DNA of 64,000 nucleotides from an uncultured Bacilli bacterium (GTDB taxonomy: Bacteria; Bacillota_I; Bacilli_A; RF39; UBA660), in NCBI GenBank assembly GCA_934148995.1, contig CAKPDM010000004.1, forward strand, positions 17,814 through 81,813, in the 5' to 3' direction. A program made the translations under genes and the position numbers. Below are positions 1-8,959 of the stretch, piece by piece (within the stretch, counting starts at the first letter, position 1; every line of letters begins with the position of its first letter). Under the pieces are notes generated by a model. The model was not told the DNA's origin. It saw only the letters and a list, made by a program, of their open reading frames with translations, and ran no database searches.

Positions 1-93
1 TTAATCGAAGTAACACCAAATAACATTAGACTTCGTAAGAAAATACTAAATACTGAAGAAAGAAAGAAATTTGATGCTAAAAAGAAAAAATAG
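1..93 (+). CDS. 3' end of an upstream gene (last 30 codons, Lys-rich tail), product unknown
   Basis: Frame is open from the window edge to TAG at 91-93, followed immediately by a hairpin terminator. Confidence 0.35.
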   Translation, partial: LIEVTPNNIRLRKKILNTEERKKFDAKKKK

Positions 94-120
94 GACTTTA
101 ACTTAAAGTCCTATTTTTTT
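91..120. terminator. Bidirectional rho-independent terminator between convergent genes
   Basis: Arms TAGGACTTTA (91-100) and TAAAGTCCTA (104-113) form a perfect 10-bp stem. A T7 run follows on the + strand and a T-rich run follows on the - strand. Confidence 0.7.
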
Positions 121-124
121 GTCT

Positions 125-544
125 TTAATTTTTTATATATTTAGCATCTTTTAGTTTATTATATAGTTCTTTATCACTGACAGCACCAACAATCTTATTC
201 ATGACCTCTTCATTTCCTTTTTTAAAGAAACAGACAGTTGGTGTTCCGGAAACTTCAGTTATTTCATATAACTTATTTTTTTCTTCTTCTGTTAAATTAG
301 AAAGATTAATTGAATAGCCAGTCAAATCATATTTATTTAAGACATCTCTAAATCTAGGTGAGAATTCTTCACAATGAGAACAACCGGTCTGAATAATTTC
401 TAAAATAAAAGTTTCCTTATTTTCAATCTTACTTTGTAAAGTGGCAAAGTCAATTTCCTTTACAGTATTTAAACTGTTTTTACATCCAGTAAGAAATAAA
501 ACACCTACTAATATAATCAAAAAGATAATTCTCTTTTTTTTCAT
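125..544 (-). CDS. Thioredoxin-fold lipoprotein (extracytoplasmic thiol-disulfide oxidoreductase candidate)
   Basis: Signal peptide with lipobox LTGC. CxxC active-site motif in TGCSHCEEF. GTP motif typical of the Trx fold. RBS GAGGTG. Divergent from the pilus/T4SS operon. Confidence 0.75.
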   Translation of the reverse strand: MKKKRIIFLIILVGVLFLTGCKNSLNTVKEIDFATLQSKIENKETFILEIIQTGCSHCEEFSPRFRDVLNKYDLTGYSINLSNLTEEEKNKLYEITEVSGTPTVCFFKKGNEEVMNKIVGAVSDKELYNKLKDAKYIKN

Positions 545-596
545 TTACTACACCTCACAAGTAATTATAACAACCAAAAATACTATTTGTAAATAA

Positions 597-625
597 TTTA
601 CAACTCAAAATATTTTTGCTATACT
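597..625 (+). promoter_or_regulatory. Sigma-A-type promoter of the pilus/T4SS supercluster
   Basis: TTTACA (597-602), 17-nt spacer, extended -10 TGcTATACT (617-625), about 30 nt upstream of the first gene. Confidence 0.55.
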
Positions 626-656
626 AAAAATGATAATAATAAGGGGCGTGAACTAG

Positions 657-2195
657 ATGATATTAAGAAAACCATATGCGTTTTTGATTCAGTATTTTCA
701 AAGAATACATCTTGTTTTGTTAGGACTTTGCTTTTATATCTTTTATAAAACAAGTACATTACGTACTTTTGTCAGTGAATTTATTAGAACAGAAAGCTAT
801 AATGCCGATTTAGAGCCGATAAAAAATTATATAGGATTTTTACCAATTATCGTGATATTACTGTGCCTTGGTATTTTTCTTATTTTGATGATTTTATTGC
901 GACATAAAAAGAAACCATGGAAAATTTATTTAGTACCATTCTTTAGTTATATTTTCCTTTTAGGAGTAATGCTTTATATAAGGAATTTTTTTGTAACATA
1001 TAATGATATCTCCGATATAACTAAAATAATGGCCGGTCGAGATTTATTACTGATCGCTTATTTATTACAATTTGCAGTTTTTCTACTATTAATTCTTAGA
1101 ACATTAGGAATAGATTTAAATAAATTTGGTTTTAAAAATGATCAAGAATATTTAGAAATTAAAGAAGAAGATAGAGAAGAATTTGAACTTAGTTTACAAT
1201 TTGATAAAGATAGAGTTAGACGAACAGTTAATAAACTTTTTAGAAACATTGGTTATGTATATCAAGAACATAGATTTATACTTAATACGTTAATGACGGT
1301 ACTAGTTGTTATTTTAGTCGGCTATACTTATTACTACTTTGGAATACTTCATAAAATCTATAAAGAGAATCAAACCTTTAAATCAAATTTTTATGAGGTA
1401 ACTGTTTTAGATAGCTACCTAACTAATCGTAAAGACAATGGTGATTTAATTGAAAAAAATTCTAAATATTCTTATGTTATAGTTAAGTTAAAAGTAAAAA
1501 ATTTAGCTGGTGAAAGAAATATGTACACAGATAGGTTCCATCTTATTAATAGAAGTAATGAGGCCGATAGAACACCACAGTATCAGACTTATTTTTCGAC
1601 TTATGGAAAAGTATATGATAACTCTTCCTTTGATTATAATGAAACAAAAGTATTTAACTTAATCTACCGTGTTGATAAGGATTGGAAAAGTAAATACTAC
1701 ACTTTATATTATCAAGGCCTAGACAATTCTTTCCTTTTAAGAAAAGTTAAATTAAAGGTAAAAGACTATCAGACACCTGTCAAGACTTCAACTAAAAAAT
1801 TAAATCAAGAGATGAAGATAGAGGATAAGGACTTTACTTTTATAAATTATCAAGTAAGTGATAGTGCTATTTATAATTCATATAAGTGTTTTGGAACTGG
1901 TTGTAGTATCAGTCCAAGTACAGTTACATCTTATAATAAAGCTATTTTAAAAATTGATTATATAAGTGAGTATTTTGAACCAAAAACTTTTGTTGACTTT
2001 TCAACTAAGTATGCTAAAATTAAATATGAAGATAAAGATGGTAAGACTAGCAGTATAGATTGTGTTAATGCAGTTTCTAAAGATTATACCGATAATTCCT
2101 TGTATCTTAAAGTACCACTTGCTGTGAAAGAGGCTAATAAAATAGATTTAGTTTATACTGTGAATGGTAGTAAATATACCTATCATGTAAAATAG
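657..2195 (+). CDS. Polytopic membrane protein with a large C-terminal extracytoplasmic beta-rich domain; first gene of the cluster
   Basis: About 5 hydrophobic helices lie in the first 230 aa. The later segment (VTVLDSYL...VIVKLKVKNLAGE...FHLINRSNE) looks like a DUF4352-type Ig-like domain from memory. No A24 peptidase motifs were seen. Confidence 0.5.
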   Translation: MILRKPYAFLIQYFQRIHLVLLGLCFYIFYKTSTLRTFVSEFIRTESYNADLEPIKNYIGFLPIIVILLCLGIFLILMILLRHKKKPWKIYLVPFFSYIFLLGVMLYIRNFFVTYNDISDITKIMAGRDLLLIAYLLQFAVFLLLILRTLGIDLNKFGFKNDQEYLEIKEEDREEFELSLQFDKDRVRRTVNKLFRNIGYVYQEHRFILNTLMTVLVVILVGYTYYYFGILHKIYKENQTFKSNFYEVTVLDSYLTNRKDNGDLIEKNSKYSYVIVKLKVKNLAGERNMYTDRFHLINRSNEADRTPQYQTYFSTYGKVYDNSSFDYNETKVFNLIYRVDKDWKSKYYTLYYQGLDNSFLLRKVKLKVKDYQTPVKTSTKKLNQEMKIEDKDFTFINYQVSDSAIYNSYKCFGTGCSISPSTVTSYNKAILKIDYISEYFEPKTFVDFSTKYAKIKYEDKDGKTSSIDCVNAVSKDYTDNSLYLKVPLAVKEANKIDLVYTVNGSKYTYHVK

Positions 2196-2207
2196 GAAGG
2201 AACGAAT

Positions 2208-4004
2208 ATGAAAAATAAAGAATTAATTAAAAAGATAATTTTAATAGTAGCTGTTTTTGTATTATTATTTCTTCTATGGAATTTTGTACTTTACCCATAT
2301 CAAATGTTTAAACATAATGAAAAAATACTAAGTGAAGCTGGAAAAAGATATTTTTCCATCAATAGACGAAATTTACCAACAGAAGAGGGACGTGTTTCTA
2401 CCGTTTCTCTTGAAGTGCTTATTAAGCAAAAATATTTAGACGAATTAAAAATAAAAAATAGTATTTGTGATATAAAAAACAGTAATGTAAAGTTAAAAGT
2501 AGAAAGTGGAAAAGATGAGTATTATACTCATTTACAATGTGGCAATAGACATAGTAATATCGACTATAAAGGGCCAGTTATTACACTCAATGGTAAGAAA
2601 AATATGACTGTTAGTCTTGGAGATACTTATACAGAACCTGGAGTTTTAAGTGTTAAAGATAAAACAGATGGTACTATTAATAATAATGAAGTAGTAATCA
2701 AAGGAACAGTTGATACTAGTAAAATTGGTACTTATGAAATTACTTATAAAGTTGCTGATAGCTTAGATAATGAAACTACTGTTAAAAGAACAGTAGAGGT
2801 AATAGAATCACTTAGTAAAGTGGTAACAGAAGATACTAAAGGTACTAACAACTATTATAAAGGTACAAGTTCTGATAATTATGTAATGTTTAATAATATC
2901 TTATTTAGAATGGTTAAAATAAATAGTGATGGAACAGTAACAATTGCTAGTGAAAATCCTTTAGCTAATATTGATTATGGAGCAAAAAATAATAGATTTG
3001 ATGGCAGTAACATGGATGAATGGTTAAATAATTATTTTTATCCACAGTTAAATAATAAGAGTAAGAAATTAATAGTTTCTTCTAAATGGTGTGATGATAT
3101 TTATACTGAAGGAAAAACAACATGTGATAGATATAGTAAAACTAAAAATGTAGGTATTTTATCTTTACAAGATTATGTAAATTCTTTAGATGATTTAGGA
3201 ATGAGTTATTTAGGAATAGTAGCAAGGGTTTGGTATAACAATTTTGATAGTAACAATCAAGTTTGGTCTGGAAAATCAAATAATCAAACAGCCTATAATG
3301 ATAATATTCTCCTTAACATTAGGCCGGCTATTACCTTAAAGAAGGACACAAAAATAACTAGTGGTTCAGGAACAAAAGAAGATCCTTATTTGATTGGAAC
3401 AGAACAAGAAGTAAAAAGGAACATGAAAGTTAATAAACTTGATATTGGAACAGTAATCAGTTACTCAGGTTATAACTTTGTGGTGGCAGGACATCAGGAA
3501 GATGGTACAACAAAATTAATAATGAAAAGTGTTTTAAGAAATGAAGAGCATGCTGCAATTCAAATTTCTTACGATAATGCTAGTAGTGTAAAAATTTATA
3601 ATCCTAAAGAAAAAGGAAATATTGCTTATCAGATAAATAATAATTTATCTAAATACATTGATACAAGTTACTTTGTTAAAAAAGATGTAGTTGTTCCTAT
3701 TTATGATAAGTTAGTTACTTATAAAGGAAAACATGAGACTAAAACATATAAATCAAAATTAAGTATTCCATCGGCTTTTGATTTATTTAGTGGAGCTACT
3801 AATAATGCTGGAGAACCATTCTGGTTGATTGAATCTTCTAAGGAAGAAGAAAATAAAACCTATGTAGATGCCGATGGAACAACACCTTTCTATTATAAAC
3901 ATGTTGGTAGAAAAGTTGGTGTTAAACTTAAGGTCTATCTTGATAAAGATGCTTATATTAAGAGTGGAAATTGTAGGCATGAGGATTGCACGATTGCAAA
4001 ATAG
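2208..4004 (+). CDS. N-terminally anchored surface protein: bacterial Ig-like (DUF5011-type) domain plus a C-terminal domain paralogous to 25682-26875
   Basis: N-terminal TM helix. GPVITLNG...VSLGDTYTEPGV...DGT...GTVDTSKIGTYEITYKVADSLDNETTVKRTVEV matches the DUF5011 pattern. DNYVMFNNILFRMVKINSDGT and the ...GSGTKEDPYLI motif are shared with the last gene of the cluster. Confidence 0.6.
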   Translation: MKNKELIKKIILIVAVFVLLFLLWNFVLYPYQMFKHNEKILSEAGKRYFSINRRNLPTEEGRVSTVSLEVLIKQKYLDELKIKNSICDIKNSNVKLKVESGKDEYYTHLQCGNRHSNIDYKGPVITLNGKKNMTVSLGDTYTEPGVLSVKDKTDGTINNNEVVIKGTVDTSKIGTYEITYKVADSLDNETTVKRTVEVIESLSKVVTEDTKGTNNYYKGTSSDNYVMFNNILFRMVKINSDGTVTIASENPLANIDYGAKNNRFDGSNMDEWLNNYFYPQLNNKSKKLIVSSKWCDDIYTEGKTTCDRYSKTKNVGILSLQDYVNSLDDLGMSYLGIVARVWYNNFDSNNQVWSGKSNNQTAYNDNILLNIRPAITLKKDTKITSGSGTKEDPYLIGTEQEVKRNMKVNKLDIGTVISYSGYNFVVAGHQEDGTTKLIMKSVLRNEEHAAIQISYDNASSVKIYNPKEKGNIAYQINNNLSKYIDTSYFVKKDVVVPIYDKLVTYKGKHETKTYKSKLSIPSAFDLFSGATNNAGEPFWLIESSKEEENKTYVDADGTTPFYYKHVGRKVGVKLKVYLDKDAYIKSGNCRHEDCTIAK

Positions 4005-4018
4005 ATGAGAGGTAAACT

Positions 4019-4798
4019 ATGAAGAAAAAACAGAGAGTTATTTGTTTAACTGTTATAATCTTTATTTTAGCTTTTATTCTTTACTTTGTTAGTACAAGAC
4101 CAAAGATAAGTAAATTTAAGTTAGAAGATAAGACAAAACAAATAGAGGAAGTTAAAAAATATGGTGATACCATTGTTGGCTGGGTCACAGTAGAAGGAAC
4201 TAATATTGATTTACCTGTTGTTCAAGATAATGATTTATTAAATATGCAAGCGAGAGATTATGATCATATTTCAATATATTCAATTCCTGGAAGCAACAGT
4301 AATCATGTAAGTTTTATTTCACACAATATCAGAAATGTTTCTAGAAAACCAATTATTCATGATGATACTATGGAGGGGTTTGAACAACTGGTAAGTTTTA
4401 TATATCCATCATTCACTGCTGAAAATCAATATATTGCTTATACAGATCGTGATGGAAATCAAGCTATGTATCGAGTTTATGCAGTGGCTCTTGTTAATTA
4501 TGATCAATCCGCATCATATAAAAATGTTTATACAGAAAAAGAACAAGAAGAATATATAATTAAATCAAAAAAAGAAAGTATGTATGACATGGATATAGAT
4601 GTATCAAAAGATGATAAATTGATTAGTTTACTTACTTGTACTAGATTCTATGGTGCAAAAGATATATACTCTTTTAGAGTAGATGCTAGAAAATTACGTG
4701 ATGATGAAAAACAAGAACTAGTTAAAGTTAAAACTAATAAGAATTATGAAAAGATTGAGAAGAGAATGAAAGAAGGTGATACAAATGAAGAAGCGTAG
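4019..4798 (+). CDS. Sortase family transpeptidase (class B-like)
   Basis: N-terminal TM anchor. GWVTVEGTNIDLPVVQ entry motif. His in FISHNIRN, catalytic Cys in SLLTCTRFYG and Arg in FRVDARKL give the His-Cys-Arg triad in the expected order. Confidence 0.7.
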   Translation: MKKKQRVICLTVIIFILAFILYFVSTRPKISKFKLEDKTKQIEEVKKYGDTIVGWVTVEGTNIDLPVVQDNDLLNMQARDYDHISIYSIPGSNSNHVSFISHNIRNVSRKPIIHDDTMEGFEQLVSFIYPSFTAENQYIAYTDRDGNQAMYRVYAVALVNYDQSASYKNVYTEKEQEEYIIKSKKESMYDMDIDVSKDDKLISLLTCTRFYGAKDIYSFRVDARKLRDDEKQELVKVKTNKNYEKIEKRMKEGDTNEEA

Positions 4799-7601
4799 AG
4801 TAGTGTTGGCAGTTACTGCTATTCTTCTTGTTTGTGTTATAGCAAATCCCTTAAGGACAAAAGCTGAAGACGGTGTTAACTGTCCAAGTAGAGAACAATT
4901 TTTGGAGGATAACTTTAGTGTTGTTAATACACTTAGTGATGGAACTAAAGTAGCATATACTCAAAATGGTAATACAATAACTTTATCTGAAAAGGCTGCG
5001 AATATGCCAGAAGTAAAGGTATATGTAAATGGTCGGTTAGTTACTACTGATGAACATGGTAACATAACAATTGACTTAACCGCAGAAGAAGCAGCTTCTG
5101 GTACCAGTACTACAACCTTAATTGTTTCTTTTTCAAGAGTAGTTAAGGAAGGAGAAAAACCATGTACTAATGAAATTAACTATAGTTTCAATACAATTAA
5201 AGAAGCTCCTGACGAACCAGATGATGATGAGACTAAAGAGATAGAAAGAGAACTTGGTACTTTGCCTAATGAATCATCACCCATTGATGATTTAGAAGAT
5301 GAAAGTTTTACTAAAGTCAGTGATCCTACAAAAAGCACTAGTTTAAGTTGTGAATATGGTAAAAATGATGGTAAAACAATTAAAAAGTATACGCACAAAG
5401 GTGTTGTTTCTGATACTGGTGATTGTAAAACTACTTGCCGTGAAGATGTAGTAGTAACATTAGATCCACCAGTTATTACCCAATCAGGAATGTGCTTTAG
5501 TTACGTTGCTGATATCAAAACAAAGACAGTTTGTTCTGCAAAATTTACTGGAGTAAAACCGACAAAAATAAAAGGTTGTATTGCTCCTACTAACTGTTCA
5601 AGTGGTACACATGAAGGTGGACCAAGTTCATCATTTGATACTTGTATAGATTCTTGTGATGGAGGAGAATATACTCAAAGTTGTATTAATAAGTGCTATA
5701 ATCAAGTTTATGGTAAATCAACTACAACAAAAAAAGTTAGCGCTACATCAAAAAAAGAATCAAGTGTTAAGTATCTTAATAGCTTGAAGGAAGATAATGC
5801 TATTCCTACACCAATGGCTAATAAATTAAAAACTGTTAAAGTCACCCCTGATAAGGAAGTAACTTGTTACACAGATGAATATTTTAAAAGTACAAGAAAT
5901 ATGAGTGCTGATGAGTTAAAGGCATTAGCTCAAAAAGTTTATGAATCTAAGAAATATTTACCTGGTGGTTATTATGGAACTGGTACAGAAAGTACTTGGA
6001 CTCAAAGCGCTGGCCATTTCTATTATAATACTAGTAAAGGAACATGGTCATGGAAAAAGAATGGTGGATGTTCAAGTGCGATAAACTATTATTATTTTAG
6101 TACAGTAGATGAAACATATAACACTATTAAAATGCTTAATGGCTCAATTAAGTCAACTTCACCTACTTATTCAGCACTAGGATATTATAGACAATATGAA
6201 TCATTTGACGGTTCTTTGAAAAGAGCAAGATATTTAAAATCTGATGGATCTATTGCTTTTGCAAGTGAATGCTCAGATACTTGTACTATTACTACTAACT
6301 GTTCTGAAAAAGTTAAAAACTATACTGATGATAAGAAGTACATTGTTACTAGTGCTCAAGGTAATATGATTTATAAGGCAGAACTTAAGGCATATAAGAA
6401 GGCCAAACAAGCATGCATTAAGACTGCTAATTCATGTAAAACAATAAATAGTAGTTATGTTATTAAAACAGATGAAACTAGTAAGAACACTGGTAATAAT
6501 TTGGGTCATGAGTATAATTCTTCTCAGAATATTAATCAAGCTTCTTCATCTTCAAATAAATCTACTAAATCTGGAAATTTCCCAAGTATGATCATCAATA
6601 CTAATGGATTATGTATAACTGGCGAATGTGAGAATGTAAATCAGGAATACTGTAGTAGTCTTAAACCAGAATCAGCTGAATATGAAGCATATTGTAAAGA
6701 TAAGCAATCTTGTAAGTCGGCTGGAATAGCTGCTTGTAAGAATGGAGATACTTGTTATGATTATCATACGACGATTTCATTCCCTAAAAATTATATCAAC
6801 GTTAAGACTGGTCAAACAAAAGTTGAAATATCTAAAGATAAATTACCTTATTATGTGGCAGTAGGGAATGCATATTGTACAAGTTTAACTACTAAAGATG
6901 TTAATATAAATTGGTATAATTATAAATTAGATGATACTAATACAGTTAGTAAACCTACAAAGATTAATAATTATAATATTACTGGTAAAATAAATAGTTA
7001 TGGTGTGTTTGGTTGGAATTTTGATTTCTCATGTTTCTTTGCAATTAAAAATCCATGTGTACAGGGTACTAAAAATTGTCCACCTGAAGAACCGGACAAT
7101 CCTGACACTCCTGATAATCCTGGCAATCCTGACAATCCTGACACTCCTGATAATCCATTAACTTCGAAAGTTAAAGTTCGTTCTGTAAATCTATCTAATC
7201 TATTCCCTAATAGAGCAGCAAGATTTAACTGGTCTGCAAATGCAACGAATAAAAATAATGTTAATTATAAAGTTGATCCAATAACACTTAGAAAAAATAT
7301 AGAAGCAACTGGAGATGCCGTTTATGACTCAGCTAATGAAAATAAATATTTAGATTATCATATTAAATTAACAAAATCAGCAATAACTACAATCAGAAAC
7401 TACAACAGTGGAAAAACTTATAATGATACAAGTGATGGAACAGGACTTAATAGACTATCTGGTCAAGGTACATGGGGGGTTACAGTTTATCGAAGTAAAC
7501 TTTTAGATCAACTAGGAACGTCAGTTATTACTAAACGTGGACTTATCGGATGTAACAACCAAACAAGTTCTACAACTTGTAATACAGAAGGAGGTAATTA
7601 G
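4785..7601 (+). CDS. Large secreted Cys-rich protein (about 938 aa) with a PDNP repeat; candidate adhesin or filament-associated protein
   Basis: Signal peptide MKKRRVVLAVTAILLVCVIANPLRTKA/EDG. Dozens of Cys residues are spread along the mature protein. PEEPDNPDTPDNPGNPDNPDTPDNP linker. No C-terminal sorting signal or TM helix. ATG 4785 was preferred over GTG 4776 because of RBS spacing. Confidence 0.6.
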   Translation: MKKRRVVLAVTAILLVCVIANPLRTKAEDGVNCPSREQFLEDNFSVVNTLSDGTKVAYTQNGNTITLSEKAANMPEVKVYVNGRLVTTDEHGNITIDLTAEEAASGTSTTTLIVSFSRVVKEGEKPCTNEINYSFNTIKEAPDEPDDDETKEIERELGTLPNESSPIDDLEDESFTKVSDPTKSTSLSCEYGKNDGKTIKKYTHKGVVSDTGDCKTTCREDVVVTLDPPVITQSGMCFSYVADIKTKTVCSAKFTGVKPTKIKGCIAPTNCSSGTHEGGPSSSFDTCIDSCDGGEYTQSCINKCYNQVYGKSTTTKKVSATSKKESSVKYLNSLKEDNAIPTPMANKLKTVKVTPDKEVTCYTDEYFKSTRNMSADELKALAQKVYESKKYLPGGYYGTGTESTWTQSAGHFYYNTSKGTWSWKKNGGCSSAINYYYFSTVDETYNTIKMLNGSIKSTSPTYSALGYYRQYESFDGSLKRARYLKSDGSIAFASECSDTCTITTNCSEKVKNYTDDKKYIVTSAQGNMIYKAELKAYKKAKQACIKTANSCKTINSSYVIKTDETSKNTGNNLGHEYNSSQNINQASSSSNKSTKSGNFPSMIINTNGLCITGECENVNQEYCSSLKPESAEYEAYCKDKQSCKSAGIAACKNGDTCYDYHTTISFPKNYINVKTGQTKVEISKDKLPYYVAVGNAYCTSLTTKDVNINWYNYKLDDTNTVSKPTKINNYNITGKINSYGVFGWNFDFSCFFAIKNPCVQGTKNCPPEEPDNPDTPDNPGNPDNPDTPDNPLTSKVKVRSVNLSNLFPNRAARFNWSANATNKNNVNYKVDPITLRKNIEATGDAVYDSANENKYLDYHIKLTKSAITTIRNYNSGKTYNDTSDGTGLNRLSGQGTWGVTVYRSKLLDQLGTSVITKRGLIGCNNQTSSTTCNTEGGN
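7095..7156 (+). repeat. In-frame direct repeat encoding the (DNPDTPDNPGNP) Pro/Asp/Asn linker
   Basis: GACAATCCTGACACTCCTGATAATCC occurs at 7095-7120 and again at 7131-7156, a 36-nt period. Confidence 0.8.
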
Positions 7602-7603
7602 TA

Positions 7604-8095
7604 ATGAGTAAAGCAATGGCTATAGTTGGAATTATACTTCTTGCTATATTTACCTTTGGAGTTATTAATATCGCATCTAGTTATCAAACAGGTAATGAAC
7701 TTGATTATTACTTATTAAAAGAAACAACAGAAGCAGCTATGGTAGATGCAGTAGATATTGGGTATTATCGTTTAAGCGGTGGATTATATCGAGTAGATAA
7801 AGAAAAATTTGTTGAAAGTTTTGTGCGCCGCTTTGCCCAAAACGTTTCTAATGATAGAGAATATGATATCAAAATTTATGATATTAATGAAACCCCTCCA
7901 AAAGTAACAATAAAGATTGATTCATATACAGCAGAAGGTTTTAGTGGAGACAATCTAGAAATCTCTAATAGAATTAGTAGTATTATGGAAACAGATTATG
8001 AAACAAATGAATTGATTACTAAAATGGTAAATAGTGGGCAGTTAGATTATAGTAAAATAGATGAGACTTATACGAGAGCATTAGCTGCAAGTTAG
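7604..8095 (+). CDS. Small N-terminally anchored protein; candidate minor pilin/pseudopilin
   Basis: Single N-terminal hydrophobic helix (AMAIVGIILLAIFTFGVINI) followed by a soluble domain. Position is just upstream of the CpaB/TadA genes. No diagnostic motif. Confidence 0.3.
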   Translation: MSKAMAIVGIILLAIFTFGVINIASSYQTGNELDYYLLKETTEAAMVDAVDIGYYRLSGGLYRVDKEKFVESFVRRFAQNVSNDREYDIKIYDINETPPKVTIKIDSYTAEGFSGDNLEISNRISSIMETDYETNELITKMVNSGQLDYSKIDETYTRALAAS

Positions 8096-8116
8096 AATAG
8101 AAAGGAAGATGTAGAA

Positions 8117-8938
8117 ATGAACAATATTAGTGTAGGAATCAAAAAATTTCTCGCCAACAAGAATACTGTTACAGTTGTTGGTGTAATACTAGCAATAATA
8201 GTTTTATATGTAGGATATAATATGCGTGTTAAAAATGCTATTAATCCTGTTAGTGTACCATATGCTTTAAAAACAATTAATCCAGGTACACAAATTACTG
8301 ATGAAATGATAGGAACAATGGAAATACCTCCTGCTATGTTAAAGGGAGATGTAGTTACCAAAAAGTCCAGTGTAGTTGATATGTATTCTGCTATAGATAG
8401 TATAATTCCAGAAGGTAGTTTATTTTATGGTAGAAGTGTCGTAAGTAAAGAATCACTTCCAGGTAGTATTATCTTAGATTACCCTAAAAATTATGTTTTA
8501 TATAACTTAGAAGTAGATATGGCAAGTACTTATAGTAACTCTATTGTACCAGGTAATTATATTGATATTTACTTAAAGGTTATGAACCATGTTGATAATA
8601 ATCAAACAGTAACTGAAGAAAATGATAAGATTATGGTTGGTAAGTTATTACAAAATGTTAAAGTACTAGGAGTATATGATAGCAATGGACAAAGTGTTTT
8701 TGCTAATAGTGAAGAGAACAGAACTCCAGCACAAATCATTTTTGCGGTACCAGAAGAGTATCATATCTTATTACGTAAAGCTTCTTACTTAAGAGCATAC
8801 GATTCTGAAATTATTCCAGTACCAACTAATGAAAGTCTAGAGAAAAATCCAGGTGAAGTTAAGCTTTCAAATGAAGACTTGAAGAACTTTATTAATAAGG
8901 TAACTGCAATGACAGAAGCAGATTTAGCAACACAATAA
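8117..8938 (+). CDS. CpaB/RcpC-like Flp pilus assembly protein (SAF domain)
   Basis: N-terminal TM helix, then a SAF-like segment (VPYALKTINPGTQITDEMI). Size and position immediately upstream of the TadA-like ATPase fit the family. Confidence 0.55.
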   Translation: MNNISVGIKKFLANKNTVTVVGVILAIIVLYVGYNMRVKNAINPVSVPYALKTINPGTQITDEMIGTMEIPPAMLKGDVVTKKSSVVDMYSAIDSIIPEGSLFYGRSVVSKESLPGSIILDYPKNYVLYNLEVDMASTYSNSIVPGNYIDIYLKVMNHVDNNQTVTEENDKIMVGKLLQNVKVLGVYDSNGQSVFANSEENRTPAQIIFAVPEEYHILLRKASYLRAYDSEIIPVPTNESLEKNPGEVKLSNEDLKNFINKVTAMTEADLATQ

Positions 8939-8959
8939 TATAGGAAAGAGGAAATAAAA

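Noticed and set aside
7095-7156. The PDNP-coding repeat as a frameshift-type phase-variation switch
   Set aside because: The repeat period is 36 nt (a multiple of 3) with only two copies. It could change linker length but would not switch the frame.
7474-7479. G6 run inside the Cys-rich protein gene as a slip-strand site
   Set aside because: It is short, and it is coding (ACA TGG GGG GTT). There is no evidence of variability, so it is not distinguishable from chance.
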